Shown: one piece after another, positions 46,068 to 55,433 of the stretch
How positions within the stretch are numbered: position 1 is the stretch's first letter
Layout: every line of letters starts with the position of its first letter
Source: Candidatus Latescibacterota bacterium
GTDB taxonomy: Bacteria; Latescibacterota; UBA2968; UBA8231
Assembly (NCBI GenBank): GCA_964291625.2
Contig: OZ220089.1
Location: 3,872,001-3,936,000, forward strand
DNA: 64,000 bases
Direction of reading: 5' to 3'
Notes under the pieces: generated by a model
The model's input: the letters and a program-made list of their open reading frames with translations, nothing else
Database searches by the model: none
Told to the model about the DNA's origin: nothing
Made by a program: the position numbers and the translations under genes

Positions 46068-47765
46068 TTGACCCACCAGCGAACCATCTACTCCGGGGAT
46101 CGGACCGGCCATCGGATCCTCCTCGCCGGTCTGAGCTTCCTGGTCCCGGTGTTCCCCCTTTCGGCGCTGCCGCCGTGCGGGGAGCCGGGCACGATCAGCA
46201 CCGTGACCGCCCCCGACGGCGGCGACTACATCGCCGCCTTCAGTGACTACAAGGTCTACCCCCCGGTAGAGGGGGGCTTTGGAGGTGCAGATGGCCCCGT
46301 CGATCTGGTCGCGGCGCCGGAGTACCGCAGTCACCATCCGCGGCACTTGGCCGTCGGTCCCCGAGGCCGCGTCCATATCGCCGACTGGACGATCATCTAC
46401 CGCCTCGAAGCCGATGGCAGCGCCACCCGCCTCGTCGGCGTACCGCAGTATCGTGACATCGGAACCGGCATCGGCAACGGCCATTACGAGCGGCCGCCCC
46501 TGCTGCAGGAATTCAATGTCCTGGAGGACTCCGTGGCGGCCCAGGTCGCCCGTATTGCGCCGGGTGCGATGGCCTTCGACCAGCAGGGGCGGCTCTACTT
46601 CGTCGACTATGTCGATGCGTGGCAGATCTTCTTGCACAGCAGCGACTACTCGAAGATAGTGGCGCGCATCGCTCGCGTGGAGCCCGATGGGCGGGTGGTC
46701 ACCTTCGCCGGCCCGGCGGCGTTCGGTGGCATTGGTTCGCTGGTCTTCGATGTCCAGGGGGATCTGCTGTTGTCGGGCTATGGAGGGATCTGGCGCATCG
46801 ACGACCAGGGAGGTGTCTCCGGCCCCATGGGGCCACCTGGGCGAGGATCCCTGCAGATGGATGATCAGGGGAGACTGTACTTCAGGACGCGTATCCAGGT
46901 CTTCCGCCGCCATGCCGACGGCACGATCGAGCACGTGGCGGGGTCGGCCTGGGAGGACGAAAAGGCCATGCGCGAGGCGGCGCTGGAAGGGGAGTGGTCG
47001 GAGGAGCGCCCGGGCGGGTACTATGTCGCCAATGGCGGGCCAGCGACCGAGGCTCCGATTCACTATGTCTCCGGCCTGGCCCTCGACTCGGACGGGTCGC
47101 TGTATGTGGCCAATGCCTACTTCCACCGCATCCATCGCGTCCGTCCCGACGGCGTCATTGAGACCGTCGCCGGCAACGGCCGGGACTTCATGAGCTCACC
47201 CGGTTGTGGGGCGCGCGAAAAGCGAGTGGCCGGGGGCATACCCATTCCCCGATGCCTGGACCATATCGGCGACGGCGGGCCGGCGGTGGAGGCCCCGGTC
47301 TGGGATCCACTTCTGCTGCAGATGACGCCGGACGGCGATCTCCTGGTGGCGATGGGGAAGGGAGGATTCATGTGGCTCGGGGGCGACATCTCCCACCTGC
47401 GCCGCATCTGCCGGGTCCGCGAGTGGATGACGGCCACGGCGGTGGACGCGGTCGAGGAGCAGGTGCCTGCGAGTGGCGCCGAAGGAGCGCTACCCTCCGT
47501 GCGGCTGTACCCGAATCCCTCCAACGCCGCCGTCACGATCGCCTTCGAGTTGGACCGCACGGCGTCCGTATCGGTGCGGGTCTACGACGAGCTGGGGCAG
47601 CGGGTGCGGGTGCTGGCCGCGGAGGCCGAGCGCCCGGCGGGCTCCTACCAGTTCGTCTGGGACGGGCTCGACCAGGCGGGGTGGGTGCAGGCCTCCGGCA
47701 CCTACTTTCTGGTGGTCTCGGTCGATGGGACTACGGAGAGCCACAAGCTGACCCTGCTGCACTGA
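46068..47765 (+). CDS. Secreted NHL-like beta-propeller protein with FlgD-Ig CTD, array copy 1
   Basis: 3' part of ORF 42879-47765. Probable TTG start 2 nt after the ankyrin stop. LAVGPRGRVHIAD, LALDSDGSLYVAN, IETVAGNG, GDGGPAVEA and YPNP..WDGLD..ASGTY. Confidence 0.8.
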   Translation: MTHQRTIYSGDRTGHRILLAGLSFLVPVFPLSALPPCGEPGTISTVTAPDGGDYIAAFSDYKVYPPVEGGFGGADGPVDLVAAPEYRSHHPRHLAVGPRGRVHIADWTIIYRLEADGSATRLVGVPQYRDIGTGIGNGHYERPPLLQEFNVLEDSVAAQVARIAPGAMAFDQQGRLYFVDYVDAWQIFLHSSDYSKIVARIARVEPDGRVVTFAGPAAFGGIGSLVFDVQGDLLLSGYGGIWRIDDQGGVSGPMGPPGRGSLQMDDQGRLYFRTRIQVFRRHADGTIEHVAGSAWEDEKAMREAALEGEWSEERPGGYYVANGGPATEAPIHYVSGLALDSDGSLYVANAYFHRIHRVRPDGVIETVAGNGRDFMSSPGCGAREKRVAGGIPIPRCLDHIGDGGPAVEAPVWDPLLLQMTPDGDLLVAMGKGGFMWLGGDISHLRRICRVREWMTATAVDAVEEQVPASGAEGALPSVRLYPNPSNAAVTIAFELDRTASVSVRVYDELGQRVRVLAAEAERPAGSYQFVWDGLDQAGWVQASGTYFLVVSVDGTTESHKLTLLH

Positions 47766-47778
47766 GGGACGGAAGGAC

Positions 47779-49422
47779 ATGCCAACCCGGCTTCATGGCC
47801 TCCTCTTCCTGTCGTGGCTTGCCCTGGCGGCCCCAGTGGGGGCGCTGCCGCCGTGCGGTGAGCCGGGCACGATCAGCACCGTGACCGCTCCCGACGGCGG
47901 GGACTACATCGCCGCCTTCAGTGGCTACAAAGTCTACCCGCCGCAGGACGTACCCGGCTACGGGGACCGGGCCGCCGCGCCGGAGTACCGCAGTCGCTAT
48001 CCGCAATACCTGGCCGTCGGTCCCCGAGGGCGCGTCCATGTCGCCGACTGGACGATCATCTACCGTTTGGAGGCCGATGGCAGCGCTACCCGCATCGTCG
48101 GTGTCCCTCAGTATTGGGCCGATGACACCGGCATAGGCAGCGACGGGCCCTACCCACCCTCTCTGCAGAAGGTGAATGTCCTCGTGGACACGGCGGCGGC
48201 GCTGGAGGCCCGCATCGCGCCGGGGGCAATGGCCTTCGACCGGCAGGGGCGGCTCCACTTCGTCGACTATGTCGATGCGTGGCAGGCGACCAGGGTTGAA
48301 GGCCCGCCGGGCGTGTCACGCATTGCACGCGTGGAGACCGATGGTCGGGTCGTCACCTTCGCCGGTCCGGCGGCGTTCGGTTGGGCAAGCTCGCTGGTCT
48401 TCGATCTGGAGGGACATCTGCTGTTGTCGGGTCACGGAGGGATCTGGCGCATTGACGACCAGGGAGGTGTCTCCGGCCCCATGGGGCCACCTGGACAAGG
48501 AGCTCTGCAAGTGGATGACCAGGGGAGACTGTATTTCCGGGCGGGTGACCAGGTCTTCCGCCGCAATGCCGACGGCACGATCGAGCACCTCGCCGGATCG
48601 GTCTGGGACAACTGGAGGGCCATGCGTGAGGCGGCGTTGGAAGGGGAGTGGTCGGAGGAGCGCCCGGGCGGGTACTATGTCGCCAATGGCGGGCCGGCGA
48701 CCGAGGCTCTCTTCGACTTTGTGTCGGCCCTGGCTCTCGACTCGGACGGGTCCCTGTACGTGGCCAATTACAACTTCCACCGCATCCATCGGGTCCGCCC
48801 CGACGGTGTCATCGAGACGGTCGCCGGCAACGGCCTGGACTGGCACTGGTCCCCCGGCTGTGCGGCGTCCGAAAAGCGGGTGGCCGGGGGCATACCCATT
48901 CCCAGATGCCTGGACAATATCGGCGACGGCGGTCCGGCGCGGGAGGCCCCGGTCTGGGAGCCCTCTCAACTGCAGATGACGCCGGACGGGGATCTATTGG
49001 TAGGCATGTGGCCGGCGGGGGGCATGTTGTGGGCGGGTGGCGACTTCTCCCACCTGCGCCGCATCTGCCGGGTTCGCGAGTGGATGGTGGCCACGGGGGT
49101 GGAGGCGGTCGAGGAGGAAGTGCCGGCAAGTGGCGCTGAAGAAGCGCTACCCTCCTTGCGCCTGTGGCCGAATCCCTTCAATGCCGCCGTTACGGTCGCC
49201 TTCGAGCTGGACCGCACGGCGTCAGTGTCCGTGCGGGTCTACGACGAGTTGGGGCAGCGGGTACGGGTGCTGGCCGCCGAGGCCGAGCGCCCGGCGGGCG
49301 CCTACCAGTTCGTCTGGGACGGGCTCGACCAGGCGGGGCGGGTGCAGGCCTCGGGCACCTACTTCCTGGTGGTCTCGGTCGATGGGACGGCTGAGAGCCA
49401 CAAGCTGACGTTGCTGCACTGA
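47779..49422 (+). CDS. Secreted NHL-like beta-propeller protein with FlgD-Ig CTD, array copy 2
   Basis: Paralog of copy 1, with signal peptide and WPNPFN..WDGLD. Confidence 0.88.
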   Translation: MPTRLHGLLFLSWLALAAPVGALPPCGEPGTISTVTAPDGGDYIAAFSGYKVYPPQDVPGYGDRAAAPEYRSRYPQYLAVGPRGRVHVADWTIIYRLEADGSATRIVGVPQYWADDTGIGSDGPYPPSLQKVNVLVDTAAALEARIAPGAMAFDRQGRLHFVDYVDAWQATRVEGPPGVSRIARVETDGRVVTFAGPAAFGWASSLVFDLEGHLLLSGHGGIWRIDDQGGVSGPMGPPGQGALQVDDQGRLYFRAGDQVFRRNADGTIEHLAGSVWDNWRAMREAALEGEWSEERPGGYYVANGGPATEALFDFVSALALDSDGSLYVANYNFHRIHRVRPDGVIETVAGNGLDWHWSPGCAASEKRVAGGIPIPRCLDNIGDGGPAREAPVWEPSQLQMTPDGDLLVGMWPAGGMLWAGGDFSHLRRICRVREWMVATGVEAVEEEVPASGAEEALPSLRLWPNPFNAAVTVAFELDRTASVSVRVYDELGQRVRVLAAEAERPAGAYQFVWDGLDQAGRVQASGTYFLVVSVDGTAESHKLTLLH

Positions 49423-49433
49423 GGAGTAGGGTT

Positions 49434-51026
49434 GTGGCACTTCGTCTCCATGGCTTGCTCTCCCTGTCGTGGCTTGCCTTGGCGGTCCCGGTGGGGGCAC
49501 TCCCGCCGTGCGGCCCAGCGGGGACCATCACCACCGTGACCGCCCCGGACGGCGGCGACTACATCGCCGTCTTCCGCGACTACACGATCTACCCGCCCGA
49601 GCGGGTCAACGTCGGAGGCGGCCGGGACCTGGTGGCCGCGCCGGAGTACCGCAGCTACTATCCGCAGTATCTGGCCCTGGGGCCCCAAGGGCGCGTCCAC
49701 GTGGCCGACCACACGATCATCTATCGTCTCGAAGCCGACGGCAGCGCCACCCGCCTTGTCGGCGTGCCCCAGTACTCGGCGGAGGAAGACAACGTGCACC
49801 AGGCCGCTGTGGCTCCGCTGCTGCAGCAGACGAACGTCCTGCAGGATACCGTGGCGGCCCTGGACGCGCGCATTGCGCCCGGGCCGATGGCGTTCGACCG
49901 GGAAGGCCGTCTCTACTTCGTTGACTATGTCAGAGGAGGGCGGAGGAAGGAGGCCCGCATCGCGCGTCTCGAAGCCGACGGACAGGTGACCACCTTTGCC
50001 GCCCGGGTCGAGTCTGCCCCCCACACTTCGCTGCTCTTCGAGCCCGGGGGGGATCTGCTCGTCGCCGGGTGGGGAGGCGTACAACGAATCGATGCGCAAG
50101 GGGGCATATCCAGGCTGCTGGAGGAGCGTCTGGTAGGGGCCTTGAGGCTGGGTCCTCAAGGGAGACTGTACTTCACCAACGGTCAACAGGTTTACCGCCG
50201 TCTCGACGACGGCACCCTCGAGGTTGTCGCCGGCTATGACTGGGGCGACCCGGACAACCCGGACCACAGGGGCGTCATCTATCGGGCGGGGGTGACAGGA
50301 CGCGGGGAGGAGCCTCGCCTTGGAGGGGTTTATGTGGGCAATGGCAGGCCGGCGACCGAGGCGCCTCTCCTTCGGGCCTTTGATTTCGTGATCGATGCCC
50401 GGGGGGTGATGTACATCGCCAACCGGGGATTCGACCGCATCCACCGCGTGGGCATCGACGGCGTCCTCGAGACGATCGCCGGTGATGGGACGCTCTGGGT
50501 CCTGGGCTGTACCAGGCACACTTGCCGAGACGAGATGGGCGATGGCCGTCCAGCCTTGGACGCCCCGATCCCGCTGCCGCTGCATGTTCTTCTCACGTCG
50601 CAGAACGATCTCCTCGTGCCGATGAGCCCGCCGGGGGCCTTCTGGGTGGGAGGGGTCTTTTCCTTCCTGCGCCGCATCTGCGGCGTCGGCGACCTCGTGC
50701 CGACGGCCGTGGCGGCGGTCGAGGAGGAGGTGCCGACTCCAGGAGGGACACCCTCCTCCGTACGCCTGTGGCCGAATCCCTTCAATGCCTCTGTCACCGT
50801 CGCCTTCGAGTTGGACCACCCAGCCTCCGTCTCGGTGCAGGTCTACGACGAGTTGGGGCAGCGGGTGCGGGTGCTGGCCGCCGAGGCCGAGCGCCCGGCG
50901 GGGTCCTACCAGTTCGTCTGGGACGGGCTCGACCAGGCGGGGCGGGTGCAGGCCTCGGGCATCTACTTTCTGGTCGTCTCAGTCGATGGGACTACGGAGA
51001 GCCACAAGCTGACCCTGCTGCACTGA
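49434..51026 (+). CDS. Secreted NHL-like beta-propeller protein with FlgD-Ig CTD, array copy 3
   Basis: Most divergent paralog, with the same N-terminal LPPCG..APDGGDYIA and C-terminal domain. Confidence 0.88.
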   Translation: MALRLHGLLSLSWLALAVPVGALPPCGPAGTITTVTAPDGGDYIAVFRDYTIYPPERVNVGGGRDLVAAPEYRSYYPQYLALGPQGRVHVADHTIIYRLEADGSATRLVGVPQYSAEEDNVHQAAVAPLLQQTNVLQDTVAALDARIAPGPMAFDREGRLYFVDYVRGGRRKEARIARLEADGQVTTFAARVESAPHTSLLFEPGGDLLVAGWGGVQRIDAQGGISRLLEERLVGALRLGPQGRLYFTNGQQVYRRLDDGTLEVVAGYDWGDPDNPDHRGVIYRAGVTGRGEEPRLGGVYVGNGRPATEAPLLRAFDFVIDARGVMYIANRGFDRIHRVGIDGVLETIAGDGTLWVLGCTRHTCRDEMGDGRPALDAPIPLPLHVLLTSQNDLLVPMSPPGAFWVGGVFSFLRRICGVGDLVPTAVAAVEEEVPTPGGTPSSVRLWPNPFNASVTVAFELDHPASVSVQVYDELGQRVRVLAAEAERPAGSYQFVWDGLDQAGRVQASGIYFLVVSVDGTTESHKLTLLH

Positions 51027-51039
51027 GGGAAGGCAGGAC

Positions 51040-52704
51040 ATGCCAACCCGTCTCCACGGCCTCCTCGCATTGTGGTGCCTTGCCTTGGCGGGCAGGGTGG
51101 GGGCTCTGCCGCCGTGCGGGGAGCCGGGTACGATCAGCACCGTGACCGCTCCCGACGGCGGCGACTACATCGCCGCCTTCAGTGACTACAAGGTCTATCC
51201 TCCGGTAGAGGGGGGCTTCGGAGGTGCAGATGGCCCGGTCGACCTGGTCGCGGCGCCGGAGTACCACAGTCACCATCCGCGGCACTTGGCCGTCGGTCCC
51301 CGGGGCCGCGTCCATGTCGCCGACTGGACGATCATCTACCGCCTCGAAGCCGATGGCAGCGCCACCCGTCTCGTCGGCGTACCGCAGTATCGTGACATCG
51401 GAACCGGTATCGGCAACGGCAAATACGAGCGGCCACCCTTGTTGCAGGAATTCAATGTCCTTGAAGACACCGTGGCGGCCCAGGTCGCCCGGATTGCGCC
51501 GGGTGCGATGGCCTTCGACCGGCAGGGGCGCCTCTACTTCGTCGACTATGTCGATGCGTGGCAGATCTTCTTGCACAGGAGGGACTACTCGAAGATAGTG
51601 GCGCGCATCGCTCGCGTGGAGCCCGATGGGCGGGTGGTCACCTTCGCCGGCCCGGCGGCATTCGGTTACGTAGGTTCGCTGGTCTTCGATGTCCAGGGGG
51701 CTCTGCTGTTGTCGGGCTATGGAGGGATCTGGCGCATCGACGACCAGGGAGGTGTCTCCGGCCCCATGGGGCCACCTGGGCGAGGATCCCTGCAGATGGA
51801 TGACCAGGGGAGACTGTACTTCAGGACGCGTATCCAGGTCTTCCGCTGCCATGCCGACGGCACGATCGAGCACGTAGCGGGGTCGGCTTGGGAGGACGAA
51901 AAGGCCATGCGCGAGGCGGCGCTGGAAGGGGAGTGGTCGGAGGAGCGCCCGGGCGGGTACTATGTCGCCAATGGCGGGCCGGCGACCGAGGCTCCGATTC
52001 ACTATGTCTCCGGGCTGGCTCTCGACTCGGACGGGTCGCTGTATGTGGCCAATGCCTACTTCCACCGCATCCATCGGGTCCGTCCCGACGGCATCCTCGA
52101 GACCGTCGCCGGCAACGGCCGGGACTTCATGAGCTCACCCGGTTGTGGGGCGCGCGAAAAGCGAGTGGCCGGGGGCATACCCATTCCCCGATGCCTGGAC
52201 CATATCGGCGACGGCGGGCCGGCGGTGGAGGCCCCGGTCTGGGATCCACTTCTGCTGCAGATGACGCCGGACGGCGATCTCCTGGTGGCGATGGGGAAGG
52301 GAGGATTCATGTGGCTCGGGGGCGACATCTCCCACCTGCGCCGCATCTGCCGGGTCCGCGAGTGGATGACGGCCACGGCGGTGGAGGCGGTCGAGGAGCA
52401 GGTGCCTGCGAGTGGCGCCGAAGGAGCGCTACCCTCCGTGCGGCTGTACCCGAATCCCTCCAACGCCGCCGTCACGATCGCCTTCGAGTTGGACCGCACG
52501 GCGTCCGTATCGGTGCGGGTCTACGACGAGCTGGGGCAGCGGGTGCGGGTGCTGGCCGCGGAGGCCCGGCGCCCGGCGGGCTCCTACCAGTTCGTCTGGG
52601 ACGGGCTCGACCAGGCGGGGCGGTCGCAAGCCTCGGGCACCTACTTTCTGGTGGTCTCGGTCGATGGGACTACGGAGAGCCACAAGCTGACCCTGCTGCA
52701 CTGA
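51040..52704 (+). CDS. Secreted NHL-like beta-propeller protein with FlgD-Ig CTD, array copy 4
   Basis: Nearly identical to copy 1 over the mature protein. Confidence 0.88.
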   Translation: MPTRLHGLLALWCLALAGRVGALPPCGEPGTISTVTAPDGGDYIAAFSDYKVYPPVEGGFGGADGPVDLVAAPEYHSHHPRHLAVGPRGRVHVADWTIIYRLEADGSATRLVGVPQYRDIGTGIGNGKYERPPLLQEFNVLEDTVAAQVARIAPGAMAFDRQGRLYFVDYVDAWQIFLHRRDYSKIVARIARVEPDGRVVTFAGPAAFGYVGSLVFDVQGALLLSGYGGIWRIDDQGGVSGPMGPPGRGSLQMDDQGRLYFRTRIQVFRCHADGTIEHVAGSAWEDEKAMREAALEGEWSEERPGGYYVANGGPATEAPIHYVSGLALDSDGSLYVANAYFHRIHRVRPDGILETVAGNGRDFMSSPGCGAREKRVAGGIPIPRCLDHIGDGGPAVEAPVWDPLLLQMTPDGDLLVAMGKGGFMWLGGDISHLRRICRVREWMTATAVEAVEEQVPASGAEGALPSVRLYPNPSNAAVTIAFELDRTASVSVRVYDELGQRVRVLAAEARRPAGSYQFVWDGLDQAGRSQASGTYFLVVSVDGTTESHKLTLLH

Positions 52705-52817
52705 GCGACGAACGAGGACCCCCTTGCCCTGGCCAGCCCCGCGGATGGCCCTGCGGCCGGGCGCATCGTAAGCCCCGCGTCGGAGGGGTGGAGGGCTCCT
52801 GACGGCCGGTCCGGCGG

Positions 52818-53552
52818 CTACTGGCCGGAGAAGTCGCGCGCCACTTGGCCGTAGCCCTCGGTGTAGTCCATCTCCAGGTACCAGGCGCCGTGGATGGAGA
52901 GGGGGGCGAAGTCGGAGAGGTCGAAGACGGGGGAGGGGTTGAACTGGACGACGCCGTCGCCGGCGCGGCACAGGTGGACCTCCCGGTCGGTGCTGACCTC
53001 GTCGGTGTCGATGACCTGCATCACCTCGGGGCCGCGGCCGTCGGCCCGGGGGATCACCTTGAGGCGCCAGTTGGGGCTGGTGGGGGGCACGTCCTCGGGG
53101 CGGGCCTCCCGGTGCATGGTGGAGCGCACGCTCATGACGGAGCTGCCGCCCGCCACCGTGTCGGTGCACATGACGCGCTCGTCCATGGAGACCGTGATCC
53201 CGGCGTGGACCTTCGGGGTCCCGTAGATCTCGCGGCCGGCGGAGATGCTGGAGCGGGAGTTGAGAAAGGCCACGGCGCAGAAGTGGCCGGAGCGGCCCTC
53301 GAAGGTGCAGGGCACGGAGAGGGCGCTCTCCTCGAAGGCGCCGTAGCTGGAGCTCCAGGGCACGGCCAGGCCCATGGCCACGCACAGGCCGTCCTCCGGG
53401 GTGAAGCACTCGGGCAGGACCCGGTCGACGGCCGCCGGATCGGCGCGGAAGAAGACGAGCTGGAACCGGGCCCGGCGGTAGCGGCAGGGCGGCATGGGGT
53501 AGGAGAAGGAGAAGGCCGGCATGCCGGTGATCTCGCGCAGGGGGATCGCCAT
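52818..53552 (-). CDS. Acetoacetate decarboxylase family protein
   Basis: MP..S.SYP.PP, GREIYGTPK (Schiff-base Lys) and LKVIPRADG. Confidence 0.85.
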   Translation of the reverse strand: MAIPLREITGMPAFSFSYPMPPCRYRRARFQLVFFRADPAAVDRVLPECFTPEDGLCVAMGLAVPWSSSYGAFEESALSVPCTFEGRSGHFCAVAFLNSRSSISAGREIYGTPKVHAGITVSMDERVMCTDTVAGGSSVMSVRSTMHREARPEDVPPTSPNWRLKVIPRADGRGPEVMQVIDTDEVSTDREVHLCRAGDGVVQFNPSPVFDLSDFAPLSIHGAWYLEMDYTEGYGQVARDFSGQ

Positions 53553-53654
53553 GGGGTTTCCTCGAGGAGAAGAGGATCGCAGAGAGCCTGGAATTCATCA
53601 GGCGGGGAGGAGGCGGTCAAGCGGCATGCGGTGCGCGCACGGGCACCCGCTCCG

Positions 53655-53683
53655 TTGGCCGCGGTACGGAGGCCCTCTATACT
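53655..53683 (+). promoter_or_regulatory. Putative sigma70 promoter
   Basis: TTGGCC, 17 bp, TATACT upstream of the 53820 gene. Confidence 0.5.
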
Positions 53684-53819
53684 CCGCCCGACCCGCGACG
53701 CCAACCCCCCATAGCTCCCTTGGCCGCGGCGATCTCCGGCCCTTCCCGGTCCTGACTCTCGAGCAGCGGATGCGCTTCGAGCTCTTCGGGTACACCGTCT
53801 GAGCAAAGAGGAGTAACCG

Positions 53820-55334
53820 ATGAACACCGACCGAGGCAGCGGCGACGGCTTCCTGCTCATGGACCGGGTCGAGTCCACCCATCACGTGGACCGGACCGTC
53901 TGCGAGGCCGAGAAGCATCCACTCAACCCGGTCCTGCCCCTGGGGGACGTGCACGAGTGGGACTGCTCCCACTGCGGGCCCTGGTCCTCGCCCACGGTGC
54001 TCTACGACGAGGAGGACGGGCTCTTCAAGGCGTGGTACGCCGGCTCGGACATCACCACCCGGCGCTGGTGGGCCATGGGCTACGCCGAGAGCGAGGACGG
54101 CGTCAACTGGAACAAGCCCGTCCTCGGCCTGCACGAGTACAACGGCAGCAAGCGGAACAACATCGTCCTCGACGGGCGGGGTCCGATCATCAAGGACGAT
54201 TCCGAGCCGGACCCGGCAAAGCGCTTCAAGGGGATCAAGCGGCCTTTCTCCAAGCCGATGCCCGTGGGCCAGCGCGACCCCGAGTACATCGCCATCGGCG
54301 CCCGGGCCAACTACTCGCCCGACGGCATCCACTGGACCGAGGGCCCGCGGATCGACCTGCCGGAATGGGTGAAGGACGGACCGCCCGACATCGGCGTCCT
54401 CGTGCGCGACGACCAGGACCCCGACCCCTCGCGGCGCTACAAGGCCGTCTTCCAGGAGGTGGTCCCCTTCGACAAGCCGGACATCAAGCGGCGGGCCAGG
54501 AAATACCACGGACTGGGGCGCGCCAAGATGCTGGCCTACGGCCCCGACATCGAGCACTTCCGCCGGGCCGGGGAGAACCCCCTGATCTCGCCGGCGGACG
54601 GCCTGGAGTACGAGGACCACCACATCATGATGTCGCCCTACGGTGGGGCGTGGATCATGGCCTACGAGTACGGCTGGTATGTGCCCAACCGCTACGGCCT
54701 CTACGGCATGTACGCCGCCGACATCCGCCTGGCCGTCAGCGGCGACGGCCTCCGCTTCGACCGCGTGAACCCGCACCAGAAGGTGATCGCCCGCGGCTCC
54801 CACAACGAGTGGGACGGCGGCCTCCTGGTGATCACCGACAAGCCGGCGGTCAAGGACGGGACGATCCACCTGTTCTACGGCGGCGCGGGCGAGGACTTCA
54901 CCAGTTGGCCGCCGGAGAACCAGAGCCCCGAGTTCCGCCACGAGTTGGGCAGCGGCGGCGCCCGGGTGATGCGCATGGGTCTGGCCACCCTGCGCGAGGA
55001 CGGCTTCACCTGCCTCGAGACCCCCGACCGCGAGACCCCGGGCCACGCCACCACCACGCCCCTGCAGCTCACCGACCGCTCCACCCGCCTCACGGTGAAC
55101 GTGGGCGACGTGCGCAACGACCGCAGCTGGGTGGAGGTGGAAGTCCTCGACGCCGACACCGGCGAGCCCCTCCCCGGGTACGGGTGCGAGGACTGCGGCG
55201 ACCTCTGCGTCGACGGACTGCGACGGCCGGCGGAGTGGGACGGGAGGGGTCTGGCCGATATCGGGCGGGACCGCTTCAGGCTGCGCTTCTGGTTGTACGG
55301 GGCGGCGCGTCTGTACGGGTACCGGTTCGTCTGA
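53820..55334 (+). CDS. Five-bladed beta-propeller glycosidase-like protein (GH32/43/130-like superfamily)
   Basis: KHPLNPVL, FKAWY, YAESEDGVNWNKP, SPDGIHW, LATLREDGF and terminal RLRFWLYGAARLYGYRF. Confidence 0.7.
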   Translation: MNTDRGSGDGFLLMDRVESTHHVDRTVCEAEKHPLNPVLPLGDVHEWDCSHCGPWSSPTVLYDEEDGLFKAWYAGSDITTRRWWAMGYAESEDGVNWNKPVLGLHEYNGSKRNNIVLDGRGPIIKDDSEPDPAKRFKGIKRPFSKPMPVGQRDPEYIAIGARANYSPDGIHWTEGPRIDLPEWVKDGPPDIGVLVRDDQDPDPSRRYKAVFQEVVPFDKPDIKRRARKYHGLGRAKMLAYGPDIEHFRRAGENPLISPADGLEYEDHHIMMSPYGGAWIMAYEYGWYVPNRYGLYGMYAADIRLAVSGDGLRFDRVNPHQKVIARGSHNEWDGGLLVITDKPAVKDGTIHLFYGGAGEDFTSWPPENQSPEFRHELGSGGARVMRMGLATLREDGFTCLETPDRETPGHATTTPLQLTDRSTRLTVNVGDVRNDRSWVEVEVLDADTGEPLPGYGCEDCGDLCVDGLRRPAEWDGRGLADIGRDRFRLRFWLYGAARLYGYRFV

Positions 55335-55433
55335 GGGGCGCCCCCGCCGGGTTGACGGGAGTTCCCGCAACACGGGGATCTCGGATCCGGTCCGGGCGGC
55401 GCTGACGTGACCCTCTGACGCAGCTCGACTGAC

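Noticed and set aside
46068-52704. Diversity-generating retroelement as the cause of the array
   Set aside because: No reverse transcriptase or short template repeat is in the window, and copy 1 versus copy 4 differences are not adenine-specific.
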